Positions 63,952 through 64,000 of a stretch of DNA of 64,000 nt are shown here, in pieces. The position numbers were made by a program, and so were the translations under genes. The notes under the pieces were generated by a model, which saw only the letters and a list, made by a program, of their open reading frames with translations, made no database searches and was not told where the DNA came from. Position 1 is the stretch's first letter; each line of letters starts with the position of its first letter. The stretch comes from a virus, in the IMG/VR virus record IMGVR_UViG_3300044615_001997; one strand, given 5' to 3'.

Positions 63952-64000
63952 CAACAAATTAAACTATTATGTACACTACATACACAAAAATCAAAACACC

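Noticed and set aside
1-64000. Stop-codon reassignment
   Set aside because: Long genes are intact in code 11; TAA, TAG and TGA all end genes; no suppressor tRNA is present.

Overview
This 64 kb AT-rich window comes from a large (probably jumbo) tailed dsDNA phage using the standard genetic code, and it has three blocks. (1) Plus strand, 1-25.6 kb: replication, recombination and accessory genes. These include a primase end, DnaB-like helicase, an unusual multi-domain family A DNA polymerase, a Gp88-like Fe-S protein, SSB, RecA/UvsX, RuvC, an HhH glycosylase, SemiSWEET, a kinase, an RNA ligase, a phosphoesterase and two tRNAs. (2) Minus strand, 25.6-60.4 kb: probable portal, three long tail-fibre genes with internal repeats, a 4850-aa Ig/LamG giant fibre and the lysis genes. 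(3) Plus strand, 60.4-64 kb: a phosphoesterase, four tRNAs and small ORFs. The most notable signal is a candidate phage-encoded ubiquitin-like conjugation or sulfur-relay module at 8.5-12.6 kb: an 85-aa protein with a beta-grasp-like pattern ending in GG, a 687-aa unknown, a DEDD exonuclease, a JAB/JAMM peptidase and a minimal ThiF/E1. No ThiG, MoaE or recognisable E2 occurs in the window. Other highlights are a PolA with several normally invariant nucleotide and minor-groove residues replaced, a GC-rich structured RNA candidate before tRNA-Lys, a long-variable-arm tRNA with a UAU anticodon, and three sigma70-like promoters that predict leaderless late mRNAs. All calls come from reading motifs by eye; no database searches were run.
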